NCBI GenBank assembly: GCA_027318945.1
Contig: DAHVOF010000085.1
Coordinates: 1 to 29,094, forward strand
Reading direction: 5' to 3'
Length of the DNA stretch: 29,094 nucleotides
Source of the DNA: Actinomycetota bacterium
GTDB taxonomy: Bacteria > Actinomycetota > Acidimicrobiia > Acidimicrobiales > Acidimicrobiaceae
A program made the translations under genes and the position numbers. Below the pieces are notes generated by a model. The model saw only the letters and a list, made by a program, of their open reading frames with translations, was not told the DNA's origin and made no database searches. This document shows positions 9,306 to 18,951 of the stretch, piece after piece (the stretch's first letter is position 1; every line of letters starts with the position of its first letter).

Positions 9306-9391
9306 TTTTGAGGGTGAATCTTCCAGCCGGCAGACCTCATCGCGCAGAGCCCATTTTGAGAAGCCAAAGGCTCGGTGTTCGACATGACGAG

Positions 9392-10180
9392 TTAGGTAAT
9401 CCGTCCTCCCAGTAGGGACTCTATGACTGCTTGATCCTCGAGCGCATCACCGATTGCACCCCGAAAGATGCGCTGACCCTGCTCCATCACTACCACCTCT
9501 GTACAGACTTTTGAGATGAAATCCATGTCATGCTCGACCAGAATGATCGTCAAATTCGTCGAGGTAAGCTGGGAGATCAGCCCGGCAAGATCGTTGCGTT
9601 CCTCCTCGTTCAGCCCTGCGGCCGGTTCGTCCAAAAGAAGGACCCTCGGTTGCTGGGCGACGGCTCGGGCGATATCGGCCTGCTTCGCCAATCCGTACGG
9701 TAGATCTCCCACCAACGTATTGGCATGCTCGGTAAGGCCCAGCAATGCTATTGAATCCAAAGCCGCCTTGCGCGATTCTTTTTCCAAAGCGCGCAGGAAC
9801 GGAATGCCTATCCCAAAATAGAGCATGCTTGATCTCGTGATAGCCTGGCGCCCTAGCATCGCAAGATCCACGACCTTCAGATCCAGGGGAATCTCAATAT
9901 GTTGGAATGTTCGTGCAATCCCGCGGCGCGTTACTTTATGGGGAGAGAGACGAGTAATCTCCTCCCGATCCAGGTAGATGCTGCCAGAGTGGGGAGAGTA
10001 GATTCCGCTCACACAGTTCAAAAGGCTGGTCTTACCCGATCCATTCGAGCCGACTATTCCAAGCACGCCGCCTGGCGAAACGTCAAAACTGACATCCGAA
10101 AGCACGGTCAGGCCGCCAAAAGACAGGCACAACCGGTCGACGCGGAGTGCGGAACCTTTTACCTCCAGCTCATTGCTCAC
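9392..10180 (-). CDS. ABC importer ATP-binding subunit, LivG-like
   Basis: GSNGSGKTS (Walker A), ARTFQ, LPYG..IARA, LLLDEPAAG, VEHDM. Start moved to GTG 10180, preceded by AAGGA and overlapping the upstream gene end. Confidence 0.9.
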   Translation of the reverse strand: MSNELEVKGSALRVDRLCLSFGGLTVLSDVSFDVSPGGVLGIVGSNGSGKTSLLNCVSGIYSPHSGSIYLDREEITRLSPHKVTRRGIARTFQHIEIPLDLKVVDLAMLGRQAITRSSMLYFGIGIPFLRALEKESRKAALDSIALLGLTEHANTLVGDLPYGLAKQADIARAVAQQPRVLLLDEPAAGLNEEERNDLAGLISQLTSTNLTIILVEHDMDFISKVCTEVVVMEQGQRIFRGAIGDALEDQAVIESLLGGRIT

Positions 10181-11045
10181 GGGCGTTTCCTTTGAACGAT
10201 CCGCTCCACTTGCTTCCCAAAAACGTCGAAAGAATTCCATCGCCGGCCAGCAAAGTTTCCTTGGTGCCGCTCGCCACTTGCCTTCCACTTTCAAGAACAT
10301 GGATTGTATTCGAAAACTCAAGCGCGACCGCGACACTCTGCTCGGCGGCAAGGATCGGAATGCCAGCTGAGGCGATCTTGGTCAAAGAAGTAACCATTGA
10401 GGCGATAACCGCAGGTGAAAGACCAAGGGTAAGCTCATCGACAATCATCAGTTTTGGACCCATGCACAGCGCGGATGCTAACGCCAGCATCTGGCGCTGA
10501 CCCCCGGAGAGGTAACCGCCTTTTCGATTCAAATGATTTCTAAGATCCGGAAAGACCGAAAGAGCCATCTCCCGCAGATCTCCCGAGCCTCTCCTATTAT
10601 TCCGGCCGACTCCAACTTGGAGATTCTCGAAGACGGTCAGATCGGTAAAGATCTTTTCCCGTTCAGGCACCATCACCAACCCTGCCCGCGACCGGTCCCA
10701 GGGTGCCAAATCACCGATATCGCGGCCCAGGAATTTGATCTTGCCCTTTGACGCCTTTGCTGCGTCTCTCTTGAGCAAGCCGGCTATGCCCCGCAACGTG
10801 GAGGTCTTGCCGGCTCCATTGGGACCCACCAAGGTCACAATCTGGCTCGGCCATACCTGCAAGGACACGCCCTGCACCCCAATACCGCCGCCTTTATAGA
10901 TGACACTTAGCTCCTCGACCGACAAAATCGGCTTTCCAACCCCGGCTGGAACGCTCCCTTGCAAACCGCCACCGTTGCTCGAGTTCAAGGTATCCGCCCT
11001 CTCGCCGCGATCTATCTCATCTGAACTGTCGGCACGCCCCAACAC
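10170..11045 (-). CDS. ABC importer ATP-binding subunit, LivF-like
   Basis: GPNGAGKTS, LSGGQRQM, VDELTLGLSP, AEQ; GAGGTGA upstream of the GTG. Confidence 0.9.
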   Translation of the reverse strand: MLGRADSSDEIDRGERADTLNSSNGGGLQGSVPAGVGKPILSVEELSVIYKGGGIGVQGVSLQVWPSQIVTLVGPNGAGKTSTLRGIAGLLKRDAAKASKGKIKFLGRDIGDLAPWDRSRAGLVMVPEREKIFTDLTVFENLQVGVGRNNRRGSGDLREMALSVFPDLRNHLNRKGGYLSGGQRQMLALASALCMGPKLMIVDELTLGLSPAVIASMVTSLTKIASAGIPILAAEQSVAVALEFSNTIHVLESGRQVASGTKETLLAGDGILSTFLGSKWSGSFKGNAREQ

Positions 11046-11049
11046 TTGC

Positions 11050-12114
11050 TCACCTCACTGCGGCGACGGCTTCGGCCGCGGACGATTTCCTACGTTTGAT
11101 CTTCGCAAGGCTGGCAATTCCTGCAGGCCGAAAGAACAGAAAGACAAGTATCGCCAATCCATAGACGGCGGTTTCCAATGAAGACAAATTTCTTTGTGCA
11201 AACCCGCCCAGGGTGCCGCTAAAAGTCGACGCGCCCGCTTGCATGAGAAATGGAATCATAGTTACGACAAAAGCTCCGATTATCGAACCCCAAATTGACG
11301 CCAGGCCCCCTATCAGAATCATGGCTACATAAGAGACCGTTAGTGTCAACGAATAATATCCATTGCTCACGTCCTGCATGAAGTATGCTCCCAGTCCGCC
11401 GGCCAGCCCGATGATTGCCGAGGACAGAGCAAAAACGGACAGCTTCGTCATTGTGACGTTCACTCCCACCACGGAAGCTGCCGCTTCATTGCGCCTCAGC
11501 GCGGCGAACGCTCTGCCGGGCTGCCCGCGAACGATATTCCATACAAACAGGGAAACAAGCACTAATACCACCAGCAGCACCATGAACCACACCTTCTCGC
11601 TGGCGATCTGCCACGGCCCCAGCTTGGCGGTCGGAACAAAATGGCCGGCGATAGCCCCGCTGCTCGTGTCATATTGATTCGCGGCAAAGGCGACCACGAA
11701 CTGAAGGGCCAGGGTGGAAAAGATCAAATAAAGGCCCGAAAGCCGCAAAGAAGGCAGTCCTATAGCAAAACCAACTATGGAAGCCGCGGCTGCGCCCGCA
11801 AAAATTGGAAGCGGAAAAGGCATCGACTTGTCCAGCAAAACTACCGAATAGGCACCGATGGCTAGAAATGCGGCATTGCCCACTGATATCAGACCGGCGT
11901 AACCGGTCAGCAGATTCAGCCCGATAGCACCTATGGCCGCGAGGATCGCGATATCAGCGTCATACACGTAAGCGCTGGAGCTGATCTGGGAAAAGACGAT
12001 CACCAACAAAATGACTGCTACGCCGGCAATCTTAGAGTAGTGCTCCCCGCCATAACGCAAGAGTTGCCGCTGCGTTTGCTGACCAGACGCTTGTGACAGC
12101 GTTTCGCTCTTCAT
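11050..12114 (-). CDS. ABC importer permease, LivM-like
   Basis: GLNLLTGYAGLISVGNAAF, PSLRLSGLYL, ILIGGLASIWG; ATGA overlap with the upstream permease. Confidence 0.9.
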   Translation of the reverse strand: MKSETLSQASGQQTQRQLLRYGGEHYSKIAGVAVILLVIVFSQISSSAYVYDADIAILAAIGAIGLNLLTGYAGLISVGNAAFLAIGAYSVVLLDKSMPFPLPIFAGAAAASIVGFAIGLPSLRLSGLYLIFSTLALQFVVAFAANQYDTSSGAIAGHFVPTAKLGPWQIASEKVWFMVLLVVLVLVSLFVWNIVRGQPGRAFAALRRNEAAASVVGVNVTMTKLSVFALSSAIIGLAGGLGAYFMQDVSNGYYSLTLTVSYVAMILIGGLASIWGSIIGAFVVTMIPFLMQAGASTFSGTLGGFAQRNLSSLETAVYGLAILVFLFFRPAGIASLAKIKRRKSSAAEAVAAVR

Positions 12115-12989
12115 AGGCGGGCTATCTCCCTGCTTCCGAACAATCCGGTGGGAGAGATGATCAACACCAAAAGGAGCACGAGGTAGCCAACCACATCTGA
12201 ATAACGCCCTCCAAGGTAGCTAACCGCAAATCCCTGGATTTCAGCTAAGATCACCGAACCGATCAGAGCGCCCCCAACTGAATCAAGGCCGCCCAGGATC
12301 ACCGCCGGGAATGCCGCAAAACCGAGCGCGTTCCCGGCACTTGGCGCCAAACCGTTTGTCGCGCCGTAAATTACCCCTGCCAAACCGGCGCCCGCAGTAG
12401 CGATTGCCCATGTCATAGCGGCCAACGTGGAGACATTGATGCCACGATATGTCGCAAGCAAAGGATTCTCCGCCGCCGCCCTCATGTGAGAGCCAAATCT
12501 AGACCACTTGAGAAGAACGCCGAAGGCGGTCAAAACCGCGGCGACGCTTATGACAACCGCAATGTCCAGCGCAGTTATGCTCACGCCCTCAGGAAAGTGG
12601 AGGATTGTCTTCGCACCCGGCACGTTGACGAATCGCGTGGCGCCGCCCCAAAGGATGAGATCGAGCGCCCCCAGAATAATGTTCAACGCAATCGTCAACA
12701 TAACCAGCAAGATGGCAGTTTCGCCGAGCAACGGCCTCAGCATCAAAGAATAAATGGATGCCCCGAGCAACATCGAAGCCACCACACTCAATACCACAGC
12801 CGGCCAGAAGGGTACGTGCGCCGATACAGCAATGCTGTAGAACAGGTACCCTCCCAAAAGAGCCAGCGTTCCCTGAGCGAAATTCAGCACCCGAGTACCT
12901 CGATACACGATTACGAAGCCAACGCCAATCAGCGCGTAAAGCGCCGCCGTCGGTAGCTGGCCTACGAACGTCTGGAGTGCCAGGTGCAT
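12111..12989 (-). CDS. ABC importer permease, LivH-like
   Basis: YALIGVGFVIVY..VLNFAQG, RAAAENP, VILGGLDS..GA, PTGLFG. ATG 12989 follows GGAGG at suitable spacing. Confidence 0.9.
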   Translation of the reverse strand: MHLALQTFVGQLPTAALYALIGVGFVIVYRGTRVLNFAQGTLALLGGYLFYSIAVSAHVPFWPAVVLSVVASMLLGASIYSLMLRPLLGETAILLVMLTIALNIILGALDLILWGGATRFVNVPGAKTILHFPEGVSITALDIAVVISVAAVLTAFGVLLKWSRFGSHMRAAAENPLLATYRGINVSTLAAMTWAIATAGAGLAGVIYGATNGLAPSAGNALGFAAFPAVILGGLDSVGGALIGSVILAEIQGFAVSYLGGRYSDVVGYLVLLLVLIISPTGLFGSREIARL

Positions 12990-13058
12990 TGAAGACAACC
13001 TCCGCTATCTCATTCTTCGAATTCTACGGGATATTTCCTCTTGGAATCCGGCCGAAGC

Positions 13059-14327
13059 CTAGGAACCAATCGGCAATAGCCCGGAGACGGCCGCGGGCTG
13101 AGACAGCGAAGTGTCCCAGTGCCAGAATCGGATTTCGTGAATGCCTACGTGGCTGCTCGAAGAATAACTCCAGTTGCCATAAGTCAGGCCTCCGGTATTG
13201 AGGTTTAGGGAGCTCAACACCGTTGACAGCTTTTGGCCGGAACACGGATAGCCACACTGCGACAAGGCGTGCCCAAGCACCCAGGCCTGAATATAACCGT
13301 TTATAAAGAATCCGGTGTTCGGATCGTCCGACGCCGCCTTTGCAGCCGCCACGAACTTCGTAAACTCGGGTCCTGGGCTCGGCTGACCAGCGACGTCATA
13401 TGGGAATGCCCTGATCACGTAGAAGTTGGGATCGGCCAAAGTCTTGAGGGTCGAATAAGCGCTGCCGCCGTCGTAATTGACGATGGGTCCTGTGAAACCC
13501 TGCTGCCGCAATGCCTGAACAGCACTGATAACCCAAGGCTCAGGCAAGGCCATTATCACTAGATTCGGGTTGGCTGCAGCCACAGCCGTCGATTCGGGAG
13601 CAGCCGTGGTAGCCGACATCGGCACCTGCTGATAGTTGACCATTTGCCAACCTTTGGCCTTTATCAGCTGCTCGGTCTTCGCGACGTAATTCGCGTTGTC
13701 CGCCACCTGCAAGGACATTATCCCAACTTTCACGGGCGAAGACCCAGCCACGGTCGCAGCAAAATTCACCACTGGCGCGGCTTCCGCTCCAATGACAACG
13801 TCACCCGCAAACATGTAGGGATTGGGAGGCGAAACCAAGCTCGTCGTAATCCCTTGTGATATCGTTGGCGTCTTGCTGGCCTCTAATACTGGAGCCGCTG
13901 CAACCAAAACCGTAGATAGAAACACCAATTCCGCATTTACATGATCAATCTGCGTAAGCTGCTTGGTGTTGGCTACTCCATTGGTCGGGTTTGAGCCGTC
14001 ATCCAGGGCAATCAGCTTAACTTTATGCCCGTTGATGCCTCCGTGATCATTCACATATGAAAAATATGCCTGGTAGCCGTTCCTGAGAGCGCCTCCCACT
14101 GCTGCTGCCGGACCGGATAGATCGCCCGTGGATCCCACCACATATGTCCCGCTTACCGCCGAACTGGAAGTCGTGCCCGTCGATGACGAGCTGCTCCCGC
14201 AAGCCGCCATCAACAATCCTGCAACCGCCAATCCGGTAGAAGTCAAGCCCAAGGCGCGACGCCGCTTGACCCTAACTGCTCCCCCACCTCCTAATTGAGG
14301 TGAAGCTTTCCGTAAATCTATGTTCAT
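13059..14327 (-). CDS. ABC substrate-binding lipoprotein, LivK/Peripla_BP_6 type
   Basis: AAGGAG SD; RRRAL...LMAAC signal with lipobox Cys followed by a Ser/Thr linker; GGINGHKVKLIALDD motif. Confidence 0.88.
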   Translation of the reverse strand: MNIDLRKASPQLGGGGAVRVKRRRALGLTSTGLAVAGLLMAACGSSSSSTGTTSSSAVSGTYVVGSTGDLSGPAAAVGGALRNGYQAYFSYVNDHGGINGHKVKLIALDDGSNPTNGVANTKQLTQIDHVNAELVFLSTVLVAAAPVLEASKTPTISQGITTSLVSPPNPYMFAGDVVIGAEAAPVVNFAATVAGSSPVKVGIMSLQVADNANYVAKTEQLIKAKGWQMVNYQQVPMSATTAAPESTAVAAANPNLVIMALPEPWVISAVQALRQQGFTGPIVNYDGGSAYSTLKTLADPNFYVIRAFPYDVAGQPSPGPEFTKFVAAAKAASDDPNTGFFINGYIQAWVLGHALSQCGYPCSGQKLSTVLSSLNLNTGGLTYGNWSYSSSSHVGIHEIRFWHWDTSLSQPAAVSGLLPIGS

Positions 14328-14565
14328 ATCTACTCCTTTATTTGGTAGACACCCCTGCTAAACCCTGATATCACAATTCATCAAGTCACCCAATTCACGT
14401 GCAATCAGCCCCACTCTTTGCAAACACTCCTATGCTCTAATGGTTTCTATCTCCTAAATCTCTTCCCGCATCAGGTTTCCCGCGTGCCGCGGCCTGCTCC
14501 GAAACCGTTTCATTGGTGATAAACCCTTCTGCATCCAAACCGGACGGCATTCACATCCATCGTCC

Positions 14566-15708
14566 TCACTTCACCAATATGTTGACGGTGCAGGCTGTGC
14601 CTTCCACGCCCTGGGCCTTGCCGCCCCTGCAGTGGGCTATTCCAACCTTGGGGCTTTTGATCTGGCGTTCTTTGGCGTCGCCTCGAAGCTGGCGGACCAG
14701 CTCCACCACTTGTGCGACACCTGTTGCTCCCAGCGGGTGTCCCTTGCCCAGAAGTCCGCCTGAGGCGTTGACTGGGAAGGTCCCGTCTATGTCCATCTCC
14801 CCTTTGACCACCCTTGAGACGTACTCGCCGTGGGGGATGAGGCCCATGCCCTCTACCCGAAGGGCCTCGGCTATCGAAAAGCAGTCGTGGACCTCTGCGA
14901 AGTCGATCTCTTCGGGGCCTATGCCGGCCTGGGCGTAGGCGGCCTCTGCGGTGCGCCAGGTTAGGTCCTCTACTGTCATGTCAACAAGTCCAACCTCTGT
15001 GCGGCCGCTTCTAAGGGATGTGGCTGCAAGCCTTATGGCTCTATTTGAGCCGTACTGCGATAGCTTGGAGCGGCTTATGAGCACCACCGCTGCAGCGCCG
15101 TCTGAGATGGGGGCGCACTCGTGCAGCCTGAGCGGGTCGGCTATGAGCCTGCCTGCTGCGACCTCTTCTAAGGTGACGGGCTTCTTGAAGTGCGACAAGG
15201 GGTTCATAGCGGCGTTCTTTTTGTTCTTCACAGCTATGTGGGCTATGTCTGAAGGGGTGACGCCGTACTGGAGCATGTAGCGCTGGGCTCTCATGGCGTA
15301 TATGCCGGGCATGGTGAGGCCGATCTGGGCCTCTATGTCGGTGGGGTCCGGAGCCAGCGCTCCTCTGAACATAGAGCTGAGATGCTCTACTCCCAATGCG
15401 AGCACCACGTCGTATGCTCCGGCCCTTATGGACATGGCGGCATCCCAGATGGCTGTGGACCCCGAAGAGCAGGCATTCTCGACATTGGCTATGGGCAGCC
15501 CCGAAAGCCCTGCGGCATAAAGGGCTCTCTGACCCATGGCCATGCCCTGATAGACGTGTCCCACCCAGGCGGCCTCTATGTCTTTTCTGCTCACTCCTGC
15601 GTCTTTGAGAGCCAGGCCTATGGCCTCTGATCCCAAATCGGCGGCGCTGCGATCAGGATGCCTGCCGAAAGGGGTCATCCCTATGCCAAGCACATATACG
15701 TCATCCAT
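14566..15708 (-). CDS. Thiolase, SCP2/SCPx-type (DUF35-partnered)
   Basis: ENACSSG (nucleophile Cys), EVHDCF, NASGGLLGKGHPLGATG. Start moved to ATG 15708, 5 nt after AGGAGG. Confidence 0.92.
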   Translation of the reverse strand: MDDVYVLGIGMTPFGRHPDRSAADLGSEAIGLALKDAGVSRKDIEAAWVGHVYQGMAMGQRALYAAGLSGLPIANVENACSSGSTAIWDAAMSIRAGAYDVVLALGVEHLSSMFRGALAPDPTDIEAQIGLTMPGIYAMRAQRYMLQYGVTPSDIAHIAVKNKKNAAMNPLSHFKKPVTLEEVAAGRLIADPLRLHECAPISDGAAAVVLISRSKLSQYGSNRAIRLAATSLRSGRTEVGLVDMTVEDLTWRTAEAAYAQAGIGPEEIDFAEVHDCFSIAEALRVEGMGLIPHGEYVSRVVKGEMDIDGTFPVNASGGLLGKGHPLGATGVAQVVELVRQLRGDAKERQIKSPKVGIAHCRGGKAQGVEGTACTVNILVK

Positions 15709-15731
15709 ATGCTCCTCCTTGTAAAGATCGT

Positions 15732-16136
15732 TCAAGCCTGTCGGCTCTGTGCATGCGGTAGCAGGACCAGGGCTCCATCTATTAGCCTCGGGCCGGGGGC
15801 CAGCACTATCTCGGCCTCGGCGCCTATCACAGGGGTTCCATCTCCGAGATATGGAAGCAGCACCCGCACGTCTTGGGGGAAATCTATGTACACCATGGCG
15901 TAGGGGGCTTCGAACTCAGGGGTGGACTGCCTTATCACGGTGTAGGTGTAGATGATCCCGTGGTCCGCTAGAGCCAGCTCTTCTAGGCCTTCTGTGCCAT
16001 CGGCTGGGCAGATGGTCCTCGAGGGGAAAAAGGCGGCAGAGCAGCTGGGGCATCTAGAGCCGAGAAGGTGCACCTTGCCCTGGCTCTGGCGGTACTGCAT
16101 GATCTCTGGCGCAGAGGGGGACTCTATGTCTGGCAT
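15732..16136 (-). CDS. DUF35 Zn-ribbon/OB-fold acyl-CoA-binding protein
   Basis: GSRCPSC..FFPSRTICPAD, GIIYTYTVI, PYAMVYIDF; directly upstream of the thiolase; ATG 16136 follows GGAGAG. Confidence 0.88.
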   Translation of the reverse strand: MPDIESPSAPEIMQYRQSQGKVHLLGSRCPSCSAAFFPSRTICPADGTEGLEELALADHGIIYTYTVIRQSTPEFEAPYAMVYIDFPQDVRVLLPYLGDGTPVIGAEAEIVLAPGPRLIDGALVLLPHAQSRQA

Positions 16137-16153
16137 TGATCTCTCCATATCTA

Positions 16154-16900
16154 CTAGTAGGCTCCGATGCTTCTTCCGCCGCAGACGTACATGACCTGGC
16201 CGGTGATGTACCAGGAGTCGTCGTCGGCGAAGAAGGCAACAGCGTGGGCGATCTGTTCTGGGCCCCCAACCCTTCCTATGGGCACCGTCTTTGTGAGCTT
16301 GTCCTGGGTCTCAGGAGACAGGCTTCTGAACAGGGCGGTGTCGACGAGGCCCGGGGCCACTGCATTGGCGGTTATCTGGTACTTGGCGAACTCGAGGGCC
16401 AAGGTGCGGGTGAGCGAGACCACCCCTCCTTTGGAAGCTGAGTAGTTGGCCTGTCCAGCCCCGCCCAGCCAGGCGCGGGAGCCGATGTTTACGATCCTGC
16501 CGTAGCCGGAGTCCATCATGTGCTTGGCTGCCGCCTGGGTGGTGAGGAACTGGGACTTCAGGTTTATCCTTATAACCTCGTCCCAATCCTCCTCGCTCAT
16601 CTTGATGAGCCACTTGTCCCTGGCGATACCGGCGTTGTTGACCAAGATGTCTATGCGGCCAAAGCGCTCCAAGGCGTGATCTATCAGCCCTTGGGCGCCT
16701 TCTTTTTTGGACACGTCGCCACAGAACCCGCTCACCTCGTAGCCCTTGGAGCCGAGCTCATCTGATACAGAAGAGACCCTGTCGGGGTCTATGTCGTTTA
16801 TCACTACACGAGCAGCGCCCTCTGCGAGCCTCTCGGCTATGGACAGGCCGATTCCCTGTCCCGAACCTGTCACCACGGCTACGCGGTCATTGATGCCCAT
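16154..16900 (-). CDS. Short-chain dehydrogenase/reductase (FabG-like), probable hydroxyacyl-CoA dehydrogenase
   Basis: TGSGQGIG, LVNNAG, YSASK; operon context. Confidence 0.9.
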   Translation of the reverse strand: MGINDRVAVVTGSGQGIGLSIAERLAEGAARVVINDIDPDRVSSVSDELGSKGYEVSGFCGDVSKKEGAQGLIDHALERFGRIDILVNNAGIARDKWLIKMSEEDWDEVIRINLKSQFLTTQAAAKHMMDSGYGRIVNIGSRAWLGGAGQANYSASKGGVVSLTRTLALEFAKYQITANAVAPGLVDTALFRSLSPETQDKLTKTVPIGRVGGPEQIAHAVAFFADDDSWYITGQVMYVCGGRSIGAY

Positions 16901-16903
16901 CTA

Positions 16904-17686
16904 TCACCTTCCTATGAACTTCGGTGGACGCTTCTCTACGAACGCTCTCATGCCTTCCTCGCGATCCTTGGTGTTGCGCAGGAAAGCGTGGCAGAGCTCT
17001 TCGAACTCGAGCCCGCTCGCGAGATCGGTGCTCATGGCCACGTAGATGCTGCGCTTGATGCGGTCTATGGACAAAGGGGCCTTGGAGGCTATCTTCTCTG
17101 CCAGCTCTGTGGCTTGGGCAACTGCGGCGCCCTCAGGGACCACCTTTTGGACCATGCCCAGACGGTAGGCCTCCTGGGCGTCTATGCGGTCACAGCTGAA
17201 CATGAGCTCCATGGCAACCGCTGGTCCCACGAGCCGTGTCAGGCGCTGGGTGCCTCCTGCTCCTGGCATGGAGCCAACGTTGGCCTCTGGGAAGCCGAAG
17301 CGGGCTGTTGTGTCTGCGATCCTTATGTCACAGGCCAGGGCCAGCTCTAACCCTCCTCCTAGGACGTATCCTGCCAGAGCGGCAATCACTGGCTTTGAGA
17401 GCTTGGCCATCAAGGAGAAGAGGTCTCTTATGATCCTGCCCATGGGATCCGCCACGCCTCCGGAGTCGTACTCCGCCACCCTTGCTTTTAGATCAGCTCC
17501 GACGGAGAAGGCCTTGGGCTGGCCGGAGATGACAACGGCGCGGACCTCCTGATCGAGGCCGTGGGCTTCTAAGAGCTCGCCCAGCTCTGCGAGCATCTGC
17601 GGGGTCAGGGCGTTGAGAGCCTCCGGGCGGTTTATGGATATCTGAGCCACGCCGTTTGAGATAGACGAGCCAATAAGTTCAGACAA
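16904..17686 (-). CDS. Enoyl-CoA hydratase (crotonase family)
   Basis: [38 protein letters not shown] with both catalytic Glu present; REGM.AF.EKR.P.F tail. Confidence 0.92.
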   Translation of the reverse strand: MSELIGSSISNGVAQISINRPEALNALTPQMLAELGELLEAHGLDQEVRAVVISGQPKAFSVGADLKARVAEYDSGGVADPMGRIIRDLFSLMAKLSKPVIAALAGYVLGGGLELALACDIRIADTTARFGFPEANVGSMPGAGGTQRLTRLVGPAVAMELMFSCDRIDAQEAYRLGMVQKVVPEGAAVAQATELAEKIASKAPLSIDRIKRSIYVAMSTDLASGLEFEELCHAFLRNTKDREEGMRAFVEKRPPKFIGR

Positions 17687-17730
17687 AGCGCAAGTACCTC
17701 CAAAGCATTGTTATGCGGGAACGGGATTCA

Positions 17731-18951
17731 TCAGCCATCTTCGGCCTCTTGGTAGCCGAGCTGCTCCACTACCTGGGAGCTGATCCATGACTCGCAAACG
17801 TCAAGGGGGACTTTCGCTATCTCGGTCAGGATCTCTACGGTGTTCTCACCTGGAAGCGGAGCAGCTCTGGCAGCTCTGGGGGGAGTGCGCGACAGCCGGG
17901 CGGCCATCCCTACCCCTGGGGTGGGACCAAGAGCGGGATGGGAGAGCGATGGGAAGCGGTCGGAGGTGACCAGGTGGCTTTCTTTACAGAGAGAGTCGTA
18001 GTCGTAGATCTTGGCGCAGACCACGTCTGAGTCTTCGAGCCTTTTCACCCAGTAGTCGGTGGGGGCTCCCTCGAATATCCGGCTCAGCTCAAAGAAGAGC
18101 TCTTTTCTGTTTGCCACCCTGAGTGCTATGTCACAGAAGCGGGGATCATCGGCCAGCGAGGGGCGGTCTATGGCCTGGGTGAACTTGAGCCAGCGGTCTG
18201 GCCAGTAGGCGGCGACCATGATGTAGCCGTCCTTGGTGGGGAAGGCCTCGTTGGGGGCGGCGTAGGGGGCGGCGCTGCCTTGTTTTCCCGGAGAGGACCC
18301 GCTGGCTAAGAACATGGACAAAGGCACGGTCTGGAACATCAACATGGCGTCCAACAAAGAGAGGTCCACCCTCTGGCCAAGGCCGCTGCGGTTGCGCTCC
18401 AGGAGAGCCAGCAGTATCCCCTGGGCGGCCAAAAAGCCCCCTACGGTGTCTGCGGCTGGAACGCCGACTTTGACCGGGGCCCCTTGGGGCTCTCCGGTAA
18501 CGCTCATGATCCCAGAGATGGCCTGGACTATGCCGTCCACTCCGGGCTTGTCCTTCCAGGGGCCGTCTTGGCCGAAGGCTGTTATAGAGCACCAGATGAT
18601 GCCGGGGTGTTTTACAGAGAGGCTCTCGTAGCTGAAGCCGAAGCGTTCCAGAACGCCGGGGCGGAAGCTTTCAACCACGACGTCTGCCGATTCTGAGAGC
18701 TTTTCGAGCACCTCTGCGCCTTTGGGATGCTTTAGGTCCACAACGATGGAACGCTTGTCTCGATTCATACCCAGATAAGCCGCCGCCTGATCTTTTATGA
18801 AGGGGGGGCCGAGCTTTCTGCCCCATTCTCCTCCAGGGGGATCCACCTTTATGACCTCAGCCCCGTACTGGGCTAAGACCATGGTGGCTATAGGGCCTGC
18901 GGCACCTTGGGAGAGATCGAGAATCGTGGTTCCATCGAGAGGGGGCTGCAC
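17731..18951 (-). CDS. Family III (CaiB/BaiF/Frc-like) CoA-transferase
   Basis: LDLSQ..AGP, NRDKRSIVVDLK, ADVVVESFRPG, VPAADTVGG (catalytic Asp), P.PGENT.EIL; GAGAGGAG upstream of the GTG. Confidence 0.93.
   Translation of the reverse strand: MQPPLDGTTILDLSQGAAGPIATMVLAQYGAEVIKVDPPGGEWGRKLGPPFIKDQAAAYLGMNRDKRSIVVDLKHPKGAEVLEKLSESADVVVESFRPGVLERFGFSYESLSVKHPGIIWCSITAFGQDGPWKDKPGVDGIVQAISGIMSVTGEPQGAPVKVGVPAADTVGGFLAAQGILLALLERNRSGLGQRVDLSLLDAMLMFQTVPLSMFLASGSSPGKQGSAAPYAAPNEAFPTKDGYIMVAAYWPDRWLKFTQAIDRPSLADDPRFCDIALRVANRKELFFELSRIFEGAPTDYWVKRLEDSDVVCAKIYDYDSLCKESHLVTSDRFPSLSHPALGPTPGVGMAARLSRTPPRAARAAPLPGENTVEILTEIAKVPLDVCESWISSQVVEQLGYQEAEDG

Noticed and set aside
9392-11045. ATPase order livF then livG, reversed from the E. 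coli order
   Set aside because: Order variation is common in LIV-type clusters and carries no clear signal.
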